The position numbers and the translations under genes are program-made. The notes below the pieces were generated by a model. It was given only the letters and a program-made list of their open reading frames with translations. It searched no databases and was not told where the DNA came from. A stretch of 63,974 nt of DNA, filler included, from NCBI GenBank assembly GCA_964501035.1. It is 7 parts of 7 records of this genome, joined end to end, with 100 filler letters (N's around TTAATTAATTAA, not from the genome) between each part and the next. Parts side by side here need not be neighbours in the genome. Positions count along the whole stretch, not along the records: positions 21,041 to 31,244 come from CAZCRK010000060.1; positions 31,345 to 41,389 come from CAZCRK010000062.1; 5 more parts are not named here. One strand, given 5' to 3'. Below are positions 30,707 to 39,332 of this stretch, in pieces. Each line of letters opens with the position of its first letter. Position 1 is the first letter of the stretch.

Positions 30707-31244
30707 GAATAATTTTAGCATCCCAAAGCCCACGCAGAAAACAAATTCTATCTCGATTGGAAATACCATTTGATGTTATTGTTTCAGATGTTGATGAATC
30801 GCAATTTAAATATGAAGGAGACCCCTTATCCTATTGCAAATTGTTGGCAGAAGTAAAAGCAGAATATGTGAGTAAGCAATATCCAGATGCTATAGTTATT
30901 GGAGCAGATACTATTGTTGTATTAAAAGATGAAGTTTTGGAAAAACCAATTGATAAATCAGATGCGTTGTGTATTTTGAATAAATTGAGCGATAATACAC
31001 ATATTGTTTATACTGGAGTTTCAATCCAATCTGTCGAAAATAATATTCACCACACGTTTCATAATAAAACAGAGGTGACATTCAAGTCTTTATCAAATGA
31101 AATGATAGAATATTATATTGATAATTTTGCTCCCTTCGATAAAGCAGGTAGCTATGGCATACAAGATTGGAGTGCGTTATTTGTATCTAAAATTAATGGA
31201 TGTTATGATAATGTAGTAGGATTTCCGTTATCAAAATTCTTTGA
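30703..31244 (+). CDS. maf: Maf-family nucleoside triphosphate pyrophosphatase, 3'-truncated
   Basis: IILASQSPRR, IGADTIV, DKAGSYGIQ, NVVGFP. Confidence 0.95.
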
Positions 31245-31344
31245 NNNNNNNNNNNNNNNNNNNNNNNNNNNNNNNNNNNNNNNNNNNNTTAATTAATTAA
31301 NNNNNNNNNNNNNNNNNNNNNNNNNNNNNNNNNNNNNNNNNNNN
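31245..31344. other. Artificial contig spacer
   Basis: N44-TTAATTAATTAA-N44. Confidence 0.99.
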
Positions 31345-31345
31345 A

Positions 31346-31750
31346 TACAATTGGTATGCCGTAGATGATGCAAGAGGCCTAGTCCCAGAAGGTTGGCATG
31401 TGCCTACAGATTCAGAATGGACAGAATTGACTAATTATTTAGGTAGTGATGCAGGCAGCCAACTGGCCGGCAGAGCCGACCTTTGGATTGATGGAAATGT
31501 CATCATTGATGGAGATTTAGAAAACAACGCTAATTTTGGCAATAGCGGCTTTAACGCCCTTCCTGCTGGTTACCGTGATGACTACGGTGGTAATTACAGC
31601 CTTATGGGCAGCAGCGGCAATTTCTGGTCTTCTTCGGAGTACTATAGTAACAATGCGTGGCACCGGGGTTTGTATTACTATAGTTCAGAAGTCTACCGTG
31701 TCTATAACAATAAGAACTACGGGTTCGTTGTGCGCTGTGTTAGGGATTAG
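31346..31750 (+). CDS. Fibrobacter succinogenes major paralogous domain (Fib_succ_major, CLec-like fold) protein, 5'-truncated; probable DGR target
   Basis: YNWYAV...GLVPEGWHVPTDSEWTEL...SGFNALPAGYR...FWSSS...AWHR...GFVVRCVRD; frame is open from the contig start. Confidence 0.9.
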   Translation, partial: YNWYAVDDARGLVPEGWHVPTDSEWTELTNYLGSDAGSQLAGRADLWIDGNVIIDGDLENNANFGNSGFNALPAGYRDDYGGNYSLMGSSGNFWSSSEYYSNNAWHRGLYYYSSEVYRVYNNKNYGFVVRCVRD

Positions 31751-31781
31751 ACTATTTGTCTATTTGACCATTTGTCTATTT
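31750..31781 (+). repeat. Four tandem 8-bp units GACTATTT-GTCTATTT-GACCATTT-GTCTATTT
   Basis: Read directly; begins on the last base of the stop codon. Confidence 0.9.
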
Positions 31782-31869
31782 ATTTTGTTTGTTTTTACCT
31801 TAATTATTGGAGGTTTAGGATTAAAGTAGGGTTATTTATAAAAATTTAAATTAAAATTAAAGAAGTAAT

Positions 31870-33291
31870 ATGAAATATATACTACCAATCTTATTAATTA
31901 CTACAGTTTTATTATTTGGATATTCTATCCCTACACAATTTCAAATTACAGTAGATCCTTTTGAAAATCAAACTTTAAGAGATTTACCTAGTAATTCAAT
32001 TATTGACATTGTTAAGGGTAACGATGATGTTGTTTACTTCGGAACTTCCGCAGGTGTTGGGTATAGTTCAATAATTGACGAAAACTTAACATTTAATACA
32101 ATTGAGAGTAATAATTTAGTTGAAGGTGGAAATCCAAGCACAATATTTAGGAATAATATTTTAGCATTTTCTGGAGTTAAGCAAGCCTGTATGGGTGCAA
32201 ATTCTTCATACACTTATCCTTACGGTACTGGGATTACTTATTCCATTAATTTTGGTGAAGATTGCTTTTTAAAAGAGCAACCAGTTGATTATAACGGTAC
32301 ACCATATACTACATTTGAATGGGGTGGACAAATATTAGAATCACTTTCTATAAATTCACCATATAATAATGTATCTTATAGTTTAGAAGTTGTTGATAGC
32401 TATTTATATGCAACAAGTTGGGCAGGTGGTTTTAGAAGATTTAATTATATAGAAAATGGAGATTGGGAAATTATAGCTCTACCAATGGATAGTCAAGAAT
32501 CTCTTATTTGTGGTGAGATTGACACAGAAACATTTTACCAAAATCCAATAGATCCTCCAACTGGTTCACATAATCATAAAGGATTTTCAGTTCATTATGA
32601 TGGCACATTTATATGGGTTGGAACTGCTAATGGGATTAATAGGGGGACTTTTGATTATGATAACTGCATTAATTGGGTTCATTTTACTTCAGAAGACAAT
32701 GGTTTTTCAGGTAATTGGGTGATAGATATCAAACATCAAATTCTAAATGACTTTACTCGTATTTGGGCTATAACTTGGGGAACAAATTTTAATGAAGGAA
32801 ATGGATTAAGTTATTCTGATAATAATGGACTTAGTTGGGAAACAGTTGATATACTTGAAAATATTAGGGTATATAATATTTCAGAAATTGGAGATACACT
32901 TTTTGCTTCAACAGAGAACGGCTTATATTATACTTTTAATAATGACACATGGTTTCAGTTATTGTCCCCATCTGAAAATTCATATAAAGTATATTCTTCG
33001 CTATTATTAGAAAATGATTTTTTATTGGTTGGAACCCCAGATGGACTATATAGCACAGACAATTTAGGTGAAAGTTGGCAATCATATCTTTTTAATGTTG
33101 AAGAAGAAGAGTTATTTTGTCCTATTGATTTGAATGATGATGACTTACTTAATATCTTAGATATTATTATATTGGTAAACTGGATAATCAACGACCAACC
33201 TTATGAAGAAATGGCTGATTACAATAATGATAGTGTAATAAATATTGAAGATATAATCATTATAGTTGATTGGATTATAAATAGCAATTAA
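31870..33291 (+). CDS. Secreted beta-propeller-like protein with C-terminal dockerin-like domain
   Basis: Repeated YFGTSAGV / IWVGTANGI / LFASTENGLY / LVGTPDGLY blades, SxDxGxxW (BNR-like), DLNDDDLLNILDII...DYNNDSVINIEDII. Confidence 0.8.
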   Translation: MKYILPILLITTVLLFGYSIPTQFQITVDPFENQTLRDLPSNSIIDIVKGNDDVVYFGTSAGVGYSSIIDENLTFNTIESNNLVEGGNPSTIFRNNILAFSGVKQACMGANSSYTYPYGTGITYSINFGEDCFLKEQPVDYNGTPYTTFEWGGQILESLSINSPYNNVSYSLEVVDSYLYATSWAGGFRRFNYIENGDWEIIALPMDSQESLICGEIDTETFYQNPIDPPTGSHNHKGFSVHYDGTFIWVGTANGINRGTFDYDNCINWVHFTSEDNGFSGNWVIDIKHQILNDFTRIWAITWGTNFNEGNGLSYSDNNGLSWETVDILENIRVYNISEIGDTLFASTENGLYYTFNNDTWFQLLSPSENSYKVYSSLLLENDFLLVGTPDGLYSTDNLGESWQSYLFNVEEEELFCPIDLNDDDLLNILDIIILVNWIINDQPYEEMADYNNDSVINIEDIIIIVDWIINSN

Positions 33292-33489
33292 CTCCTTTGT
33301 TGCAGTTAATCTAATTTTACTAAGTTCTTTGCAGTAACAATTTACTACAATGATTAGTAGTAAGGGGTTTTGCTACCACGCTTTCTTATCATTAAAACTA
33401 CTAAACAAATCTGTACACATATTTTTGTACACATAATTGGATATTTTAGGGTAAATCTGACAAAGTTTGACTAAATTGAAATTGTTAAC

Positions 33490-33526
33490 TTAAAAGAAGA
33501 GAGCCCCGATATAAATCGGGGCTCTC
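33490..33526 (-). terminator. Terminator downstream of tRNA-Lys
   Basis: GAGAGCCCCGAT/ATCGGGGCTCTC 12-bp stem with T-rich tail on the minus strand. Confidence 0.85.
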
Positions 33527-33533
33527 AACGGGG

Positions 33534-33606
33534 TGACTCCGGTGCGACTCGAACGCACGACCAATGGCTTAAAAGGCCACTGCTCTACCAACTGAGCTAC
33601 GGAGTC
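33534..33606 (-). tRNA. tRNA-Lys(TTT)
   Basis: GACTCCG acceptor; GTGGC-CTTTTAA-GCCAT anticodon arm. Confidence 0.97.
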
Positions 33607-33770
33607 TAAACAAATCAACAAAAACCTGCATCGTCAAGCCAAGAAATTTAGGAACATAAATTAATTTCAACCAATTAAAAGAATTAATTATTTCTTTATT
33701 TTTTGTTCAACAACAGATAAAGCAAGTAAATTATCTCGCTTTTTGACATCTGATTTCAACGCATTCCTTT

Positions 33771-34126
33771 GGGGGCGCCTTGGTTTCGACGGGTAAAACC
33801 AGTTATCTTGTTGCATGTGGAGGATCTCCTTGGTCACCTCCTTAATCAACTAAGGAAAAACGATAAATGCCGATTATGGCTACGCTGCTGCCGCTTAATT
33901 GACGACAGCTATCTCTTAACGGGCGCGTCTGCCTCCAGTTAATGAGGTATCATTCATTGCAGACTGCTCCATTTTTTTGTCTGAGAAAAATGGCTAAGAC
34001 TTTCAGACTGGTTCAATTCTGTGTGCGGTCGTTCGCATAGCTTGAATAAGATTCAAGAATGACCTAAACATGTAGATACAGTTTAATTGCTTTATTCGGA
34101 CGGCGGTTCGATTCCGCCCGCCTCCA
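33771..34126 (+). ncRNA. ssrA: tmRNA; tag (A)ADYGYAAAA at 33869-33898
   Basis: 5' GGGGGCG...GGTTTCGACGG, 3' GGTTCGATTCC...CGCCTCCA with G3.U pair; tag ORF follows ATAAAT. Confidence 0.96.
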
Positions 34127-34184
34127 CTATATTTAGACAAATCAGTCATCTTTCTTGGTTAGTGTACTAAATTTGTTTGAAATT

Positions 34185-34476
34185 ATGATGATCATTATTC
34201 GATATATCCACCTCATATTTTTTATTATCACCCTTCAATTATTGTTGGCAAATCCTCAGTTTATTCAAAACAACTCCAACACCCGAGATTGTGAATTTGG
34301 TATTGAAGATAGTTTTGGAGAATGCTGTGGATATTTTGGATGTTGTCGGTATTGTTAATCTAATTGTTTCCGGTGAAACTCCCACATATTTTGAATTTCT
34401 TTTATGCGATTTCAACCAAGATGGTATCATTAATATTTTAGATATTATATTTCTCATTAATATTATTCTTAGATAA
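34185..34476 (+). pseudogene. Frame-disrupted dockerin-bearing secreted protein remnant
   Basis: Signal peptide and Cys motif in one frame (34185-34358); dockerin-like helices VDILDVV...DFNQDGIINILDII in the +1 frame (to 34476). Confidence 0.6.
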
Positions 34477-34511
34477 ATTCCACCCTTAGTTTATTACTCT
34501 AAATATTACTT

Positions 34512-35240
34512 ATGACTAAAATTGCTCTAGGACGACCAGCACAAATAGATGACTATATCATTAAACGACGTATTGAAATACTGCATACGTTTGATGGATT
34601 TGTTGATTCTGCAAAATCACTTGTGGATATTGGCTGTGGAAATGGCGGCACACTGTTTAACATCCATTCCAAATTCAAAACCCTACATGGGATTGATATT
34701 GTTGAAGATAATTTAAATTTATTACAAAATTATTGTCGTGAAATGGGGATTGATAATTGCTCTTCTGAACTTTTAAATATGGATGAATCTCCTGTGAAAA
34801 ATCAAACCTTTGACAGAGCAATTTCATTTGAAGTATTAGAACATGTTCAGGATGAACATGCAACATTACAAAACATACATACTTCTTTAAATACTGATGG
34901 TCTATTTGCAATGTCTATTCCCAATAAATGGTGGATTTTTGAAACCCATGGAGCCCATTTACCCGTGTTGCCATGGAATAGAGTACCATTCTTTTCATGG
35001 TTACCTAAATGTATTCATAGCAGGTTTGCAAAAGCTAGAATTTATACTCGAAAACAAATTATCAATTTGTTAGAGTCCAATGGATTTGTGGTTGAAAAAA
35101 CATTTTATATTACAGCACCAATGGATGTTATTACTTGGAAACCATTGCAAACTTTACTGCGGAAAACTATATTTAAAAACAACACAACATCCATCCCATT
35201 TTTATCGACTGCTATTATGGTTTTTGCACGCAAAAAATAA
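34512..35240 (+). CDS. Class I SAM-dependent methyltransferase
   Basis: VDIGCGNG, GIDI, FDRAISFEVLEHV, SIPNKWW. Confidence 0.9.
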   Translation: MTKIALGRPAQIDDYIIKRRIEILHTFDGFVDSAKSLVDIGCGNGGTLFNIHSKFKTLHGIDIVEDNLNLLQNYCREMGIDNCSSELLNMDESPVKNQTFDRAISFEVLEHVQDEHATLQNIHTSLNTDGLFAMSIPNKWWIFETHGAHLPVLPWNRVPFFSWLPKCIHSRFAKARIYTRKQIINLLESNGFVVEKTFYITAPMDVITWKPLQTLLRKTIFKNNTTSIPFLSTAIMVFARKK

Positions 35241-35299
35241 ACTCGGAAACAAATTTATGACTCAATCGTATCCTCTTTATCGTAATTATGGAGAAAAGC

Positions 35300-36193
35300 A
35301 TGAGGTATTTACTAATTTTAGGTCTTTGTTTTGGGTTTGTATTTGCAGAAGATGATTCTAATGACGAGAGTGAAAGCAAATTAAGAAATTTTGAATCATC
35401 TCTTGAAGAAAATAAAAGTGATAATGATTCTTCGAAAAATCAAACAAGATGTAATTCAAATGATGACGAACCATTATTCTTTAAAATTTTTAGAGTTATA
35501 AGTTTTTTAAGTTCAAAATCTGATAACAACTCTGATAGTAAAAGTTGCAAGACGCATTCCACCCATAAATACGTTCGTAGAGCTTCCACTACAGGTTACG
35601 CCTCAAATTATTCTCATACGTTCAGGAGAGAACCTGTATTAACTTATCAAGAATATCCATTTGTTAATCAAACTGGTGGAATTTTTGGAAATGAAAATGG
35701 AAAATCGTTTCTAATAATACCCAAAATTTCAACACAAATCATTTCCAGCAATCTTACCGGAACACAGTATGGGTTTGAATTTTTTCATAGAAAATTTGGA
35801 TTTTCCGCACAATATCTGCGATTTTCTGAAGATGTGCAATCAGGAGAGTATCTATCATTTACCGATATAAATTATAATTTTCACTTCACCAATTATAATA
35901 GATCAGAATATACGAATTCTGATTGGCAGGGAAGTATCGGAATTAAAAGTGTCCACGGAGAAAAGGATAACTTTGGGATTCATTTTGGTGTGAAATATTT
36001 GTATTTTACACATCCTGTACATTACGGATTTTCCATGGGGTATTCCTCAATGAGTGGTAGTAATATTTTTGAATTTAATCCTGAAATCAGTTATCATTAT
36101 GAACGACTTGAGTTAACATGCGGATATTCTTTTTTGAGTACATCAACAGAGCAGTTAAGTGGGCTTAAAATGTCAATCGGTTTATGGTTTTAA
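35300..36193 (+). CDS. Hypothetical outer-membrane protein
   Basis: Signal peptide, polar N-terminus, amphipathic beta strands, terminal GLWF; GGAG upstream of ATG 35300. Confidence 0.7.
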   Translation: MRYLLILGLCFGFVFAEDDSNDESESKLRNFESSLEENKSDNDSSKNQTRCNSNDDEPLFFKIFRVISFLSSKSDNNSDSKSCKTHSTHKYVRRASTTGYASNYSHTFRREPVLTYQEYPFVNQTGGIFGNENGKSFLIIPKISTQIISSNLTGTQYGFEFFHRKFGFSAQYLRFSEDVQSGEYLSFTDINYNFHFTNYNRSEYTNSDWQGSIGIKSVHGEKDNFGIHFGVKYLYFTHPVHYGFSMGYSSMSGSNIFEFNPEISYHYERLELTCGYSFLSTSTEQLSGLKMSIGLWF

Positions 36194-36268
36194 TCAATTC
36201 TGAACCATTTCTTGCGAGCATAGTTTATTCTATGTTAATTTAATCACTACAAAATAAAGGAAAACTAA

Positions 36269-36646
36269 ATGAAGAAAATAATTATTTTATCAACCATGCT
36301 TGGTTTAATTTTTGCTGAGGGGAGAAAAGAACATGCTTTTTTATCAGATGTACAAGTAGATAATCCACATGTTCAACAAGAAGTGGATCAACTACGCCAA
36401 CAATATGTTGCAGAATCAAATCAAATTCGGGCTGAATATCAACGTAAAATTGATGCACTCAAAAAACAAAGACGGTCAGAAATTGAAGATTTGAAGGAAG
36501 CATATAAACATCGATTAAAAAGACTAAAGCAAAAACATCCGAAAGCTTTTACGGATAAACCAAAAGTGAAACCATTAAAAAGGGTTCCACAATCCCAGAA
36601 GTTAAAAGCAACTTCTTCACCTGATAAGAAGAAATCAATTAAGTAA
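36269..36646 (+). CDS. Small exported coiled-coil basic protein
   Basis: AAGGA RBS, signal peptide, helical charged region. Confidence 0.75.
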   Translation: MKKIIILSTMLGLIFAEGRKEHAFLSDVQVDNPHVQQEVDQLRQQYVAESNQIRAEYQRKIDALKKQRRSEIEDLKEAYKHRLKRLKQKHPKAFTDKPKVKPLKRVPQSQKLKATSSPDKKKSIK

Positions 36647-36647
36647 T

Positions 36648-36677
36648 AAAAAAGGGGGTTCACGAACCCCCTTTTTT
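36648..36677. terminator. Bidirectional intrinsic terminator
   Basis: A6-GGGGGTTC...GAACCCCC-T6 between convergent genes. Confidence 0.9.
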
Positions 36678-36696
36678 ATTTCACATTAAATTATTA

Positions 36697-39180
36697 TTAA
36701 TTACCCATAATCCAATTAACAACGAGTACTACATCTAAAACATCAATACTGCTATCTTGATTTACATCTCCAGCCCAAAGCAAGCATTCTTCGTCACTAC
36801 CATGCAGGACAATATTAATTATCCGAAGAACATCTAAAACATCATAGCTACCACTTTGGTCTAAATCACCCAAATCCCATCCAGCACAAAATGAGGATTC
36901 AATGGTTAACAGTATGGGCAATATTACCTCAGGATTTTCAAAATCATTTGTTGAAAATACAATTTCAGAAGTATAATCACCTTCAAGCAATCCATTTGCA
37001 TTTATTTCTATAATCAATTCTTCAGATTCATTCGGTGATAGTGTGCCAGAAAGTGCAGAAATATTCAACCATTCTGCTCGTGGAGATAAATCAATACTAA
37101 ATTGATTTTCAACATATTCATTATTCATTGCAATTAAATATGCATTTTCACCGGTTTCATTCTGGATACCGATGGTGGCAGAGTTCACATCACCCTCCAT
37201 TTGTCGATAGTTAAGATGAATGGAACCTGTGGGGTAGAGGACGAATTGAAAGTCATAGGTTCCCTCGATAGAGCCACCACCAACCCAATGAATAACATCA
37301 TTAAACCAAACAACAACTCGTTCTTGATTACTATGATAGCTAATCTCTCCAGAACCACTATTATTCCCTTGATTATCTGGATTTAAATCATCCCAAAATC
37401 CAAAAATAGCATTGAGAGGGGCATCCTCATTTGGTAAACCGGTGTTTTGCCATGAATCATTATCATTTCCAAAGCCAATCCATCCATTTGCATTCACAAT
37501 GCACGAAGAATATAGATTATCATAAAATGGAAATTCAAATTCAAAATTAACAGATTCTGGTGCAGATTGGTCATTATGGCTAATAGTTAAGATTTCATCT
37601 ATGCCATCAATGTCAATCCACTCATAATTCATGTTTTCAGAATGTGAGTTAATTGCGTGATAGCCAAACGGATCGATTGAATATTCTAAATCTGCTTCAC
37701 CTAAATTCATGATAAGAATTGTTTCAGTATCCTGCTCACCTGCATCCATATTGAACGAAAGTGATTCCGCATCAATAAACACTTCTGGACTGTTTAATAA
37801 ATTGGTAACGGAAGTAAATGCGTTGATTCGACCAAATCCCGTTTCCACATCAAAACCAGGTGCACCCAAATCATCAGCATTGGATTGCATAATGAATCGA
37901 ACTTGTTCAGGGGTTAAATAAGGAGCAATAGATAGTATAAGTCCACCAATTCCTGCAGCATGTGGGCATGCAGATGACGTGCCATTAAACGTGGATGTGT
38001 AGCCTCCGGACATGGTGATTGTATGAATTCGAACTCCGGGTGATAAAAAATCAAGATTACTGCCATAATTACTTCCCCAATAGTTTTCATTATCACACGA
38101 TGATGGATTTTTCCGTTCATTGCAAGGCGATAATGCACCTACAGAAATACTTCCATCATACCCGCTAGGGTAACTTACTGATCCACTGTTATCATTTCCA
38201 GATGCTGAAAATATAGTTGTACCATTACTCACAGCATAATTTATTGCGCTATCAAAATAACTTACATAACTACCACCACCCAAACTCATACTAATAATAT
38301 TGGCACCATTATCACTCGACCATGTAACCGCATCTGCAATTTGTACATCATCACCATATCCTTGAGCATCTAACACTTTCACAGGCATTACTAAACATTC
38401 CCAACATACACCTGCAATGCCACTGCCATTATTGCCTTCGGCTGCAGCAATTCCTGCGCAAGAAGATCCATGTCCGTAATCATCGGATGCATTGGAATCA
38501 TTGTTAATAAAATCATACCCTTCAATTAACCTTCCAGCTAGTTCGGAATGAGAATTCACTCCTGTATCTAAAATAGCAATGATAATTTCTTCACTCCCAG
38601 TTGTAACATCCCAAGCTTGGTCGGTATCCGTATCACAATCTGGTGTCCCAACTGTTCCACCAAAATCACTGGTGGCTTGCCCCGTATTATCATGTGCCCA
38701 TTGGCTTGGGTATGTAGGGTCATTTGGAACTAAATATGCCTGATGACGGTAGGCAGGCTCAACATTCATGACATTCGAAATACTGCTTAACTCATATAAG
38801 TAATTTTCAATTTCAATTGGAGTGTTAAACTCAAGTACATAATATTGATGCAACGCATATTCATAATGCATGGAATCAAACCGATTATAATTTTTGAAAA
38901 GCGGTTTGAAAATCTTAACATTCGCAAGAATATCATTTCGCAATGAAGTTGAAATATCCGCAAGTTGAATTGGTGACTCTTGTCCTAGATAGGGTGCAAA
39001 ATCACGTTCAAATTGAAGTACCAATTTTTGGTTTGAAACTATTTTCCCTTGAAATTCAACCCAAACCGTTTCATCAAATTCGATATTGGTTTCAATTTGA
39101 GAACTTGCAATTTGCTTAGCATTTTCAGATGAAAATAATATCGAAGTAAAACAAAATAGGAGTATTTTCAAACTTTTCAT
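36697..39180 (-). CDS. Subtilisin-like S8 serine protease with C-terminal dockerin-like domain
   Basis: Catalytic ILDTG, HGSSCAG, GTSSACPH; C-terminal GDLDQSGSYDVLDV...GDVNQDSSIDVLDVV. Start set at MKSLK (39180). Confidence 0.93.
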   Translation of the reverse strand: MKSLKILLFCFTSILFSSENAKQIASSQIETNIEFDETVWVEFQGKIVSNQKLVLQFERDFAPYLGQESPIQLADISTSLRNDILANVKIFKPLFKNYNRFDSMHYEYALHQYYVLEFNTPIEIENYLYELSSISNVMNVEPAYRHQAYLVPNDPTYPSQWAHDNTGQATSDFGGTVGTPDCDTDTDQAWDVTTGSEEIIIAILDTGVNSHSELAGRLIEGYDFINNDSNASDDYGHGSSCAGIAAAEGNNGSGIAGVCWECLVMPVKVLDAQGYGDDVQIADAVTWSSDNGANIISMSLGGGSYVSYFDSAINYAVSNGTTIFSASGNDNSGSVSYPSGYDGSISVGALSPCNERKNPSSCDNENYWGSNYGSNLDFLSPGVRIHTITMSGGYTSTFNGTSSACPHAAGIGGLILSIAPYLTPEQVRFIMQSNADDLGAPGFDVETGFGRINAFTSVTNLLNSPEVFIDAESLSFNMDAGEQDTETILIMNLGEADLEYSIDPFGYHAINSHSENMNYEWIDIDGIDEILTISHNDQSAPESVNFEFEFPFYDNLYSSCIVNANGWIGFGNDNDSWQNTGLPNEDAPLNAIFGFWDDLNPDNQGNNSGSGEISYHSNQERVVVWFNDVIHWVGGGSIEGTYDFQFVLYPTGSIHLNYRQMEGDVNSATIGIQNETGENAYLIAMNNEYVENQFSIDLSPRAEWLNISALSGTLSPNESEELIIEINANGLLEGDYTSEIVFSTNDFENPEVILPILLTIESSFCAGWDLGDLDQSGSYDVLDVLRIINIVLHGSDEECLLWAGDVNQDSSIDVLDVVLVVNWIMGN

Positions 39181-39332
39181 AGTCAATCCTTTCATATAAA
39201 TTTGTGTGAAGTTTAACAAGTTTTAGACTAGAATTTGTACACCAAAAACGTATCAATATGTAACATATTATTTATCATATAGTATTTTTCAGAAAAATTT
39301 GACTAAATTTCCATATAATTTTAGGAGCATTA

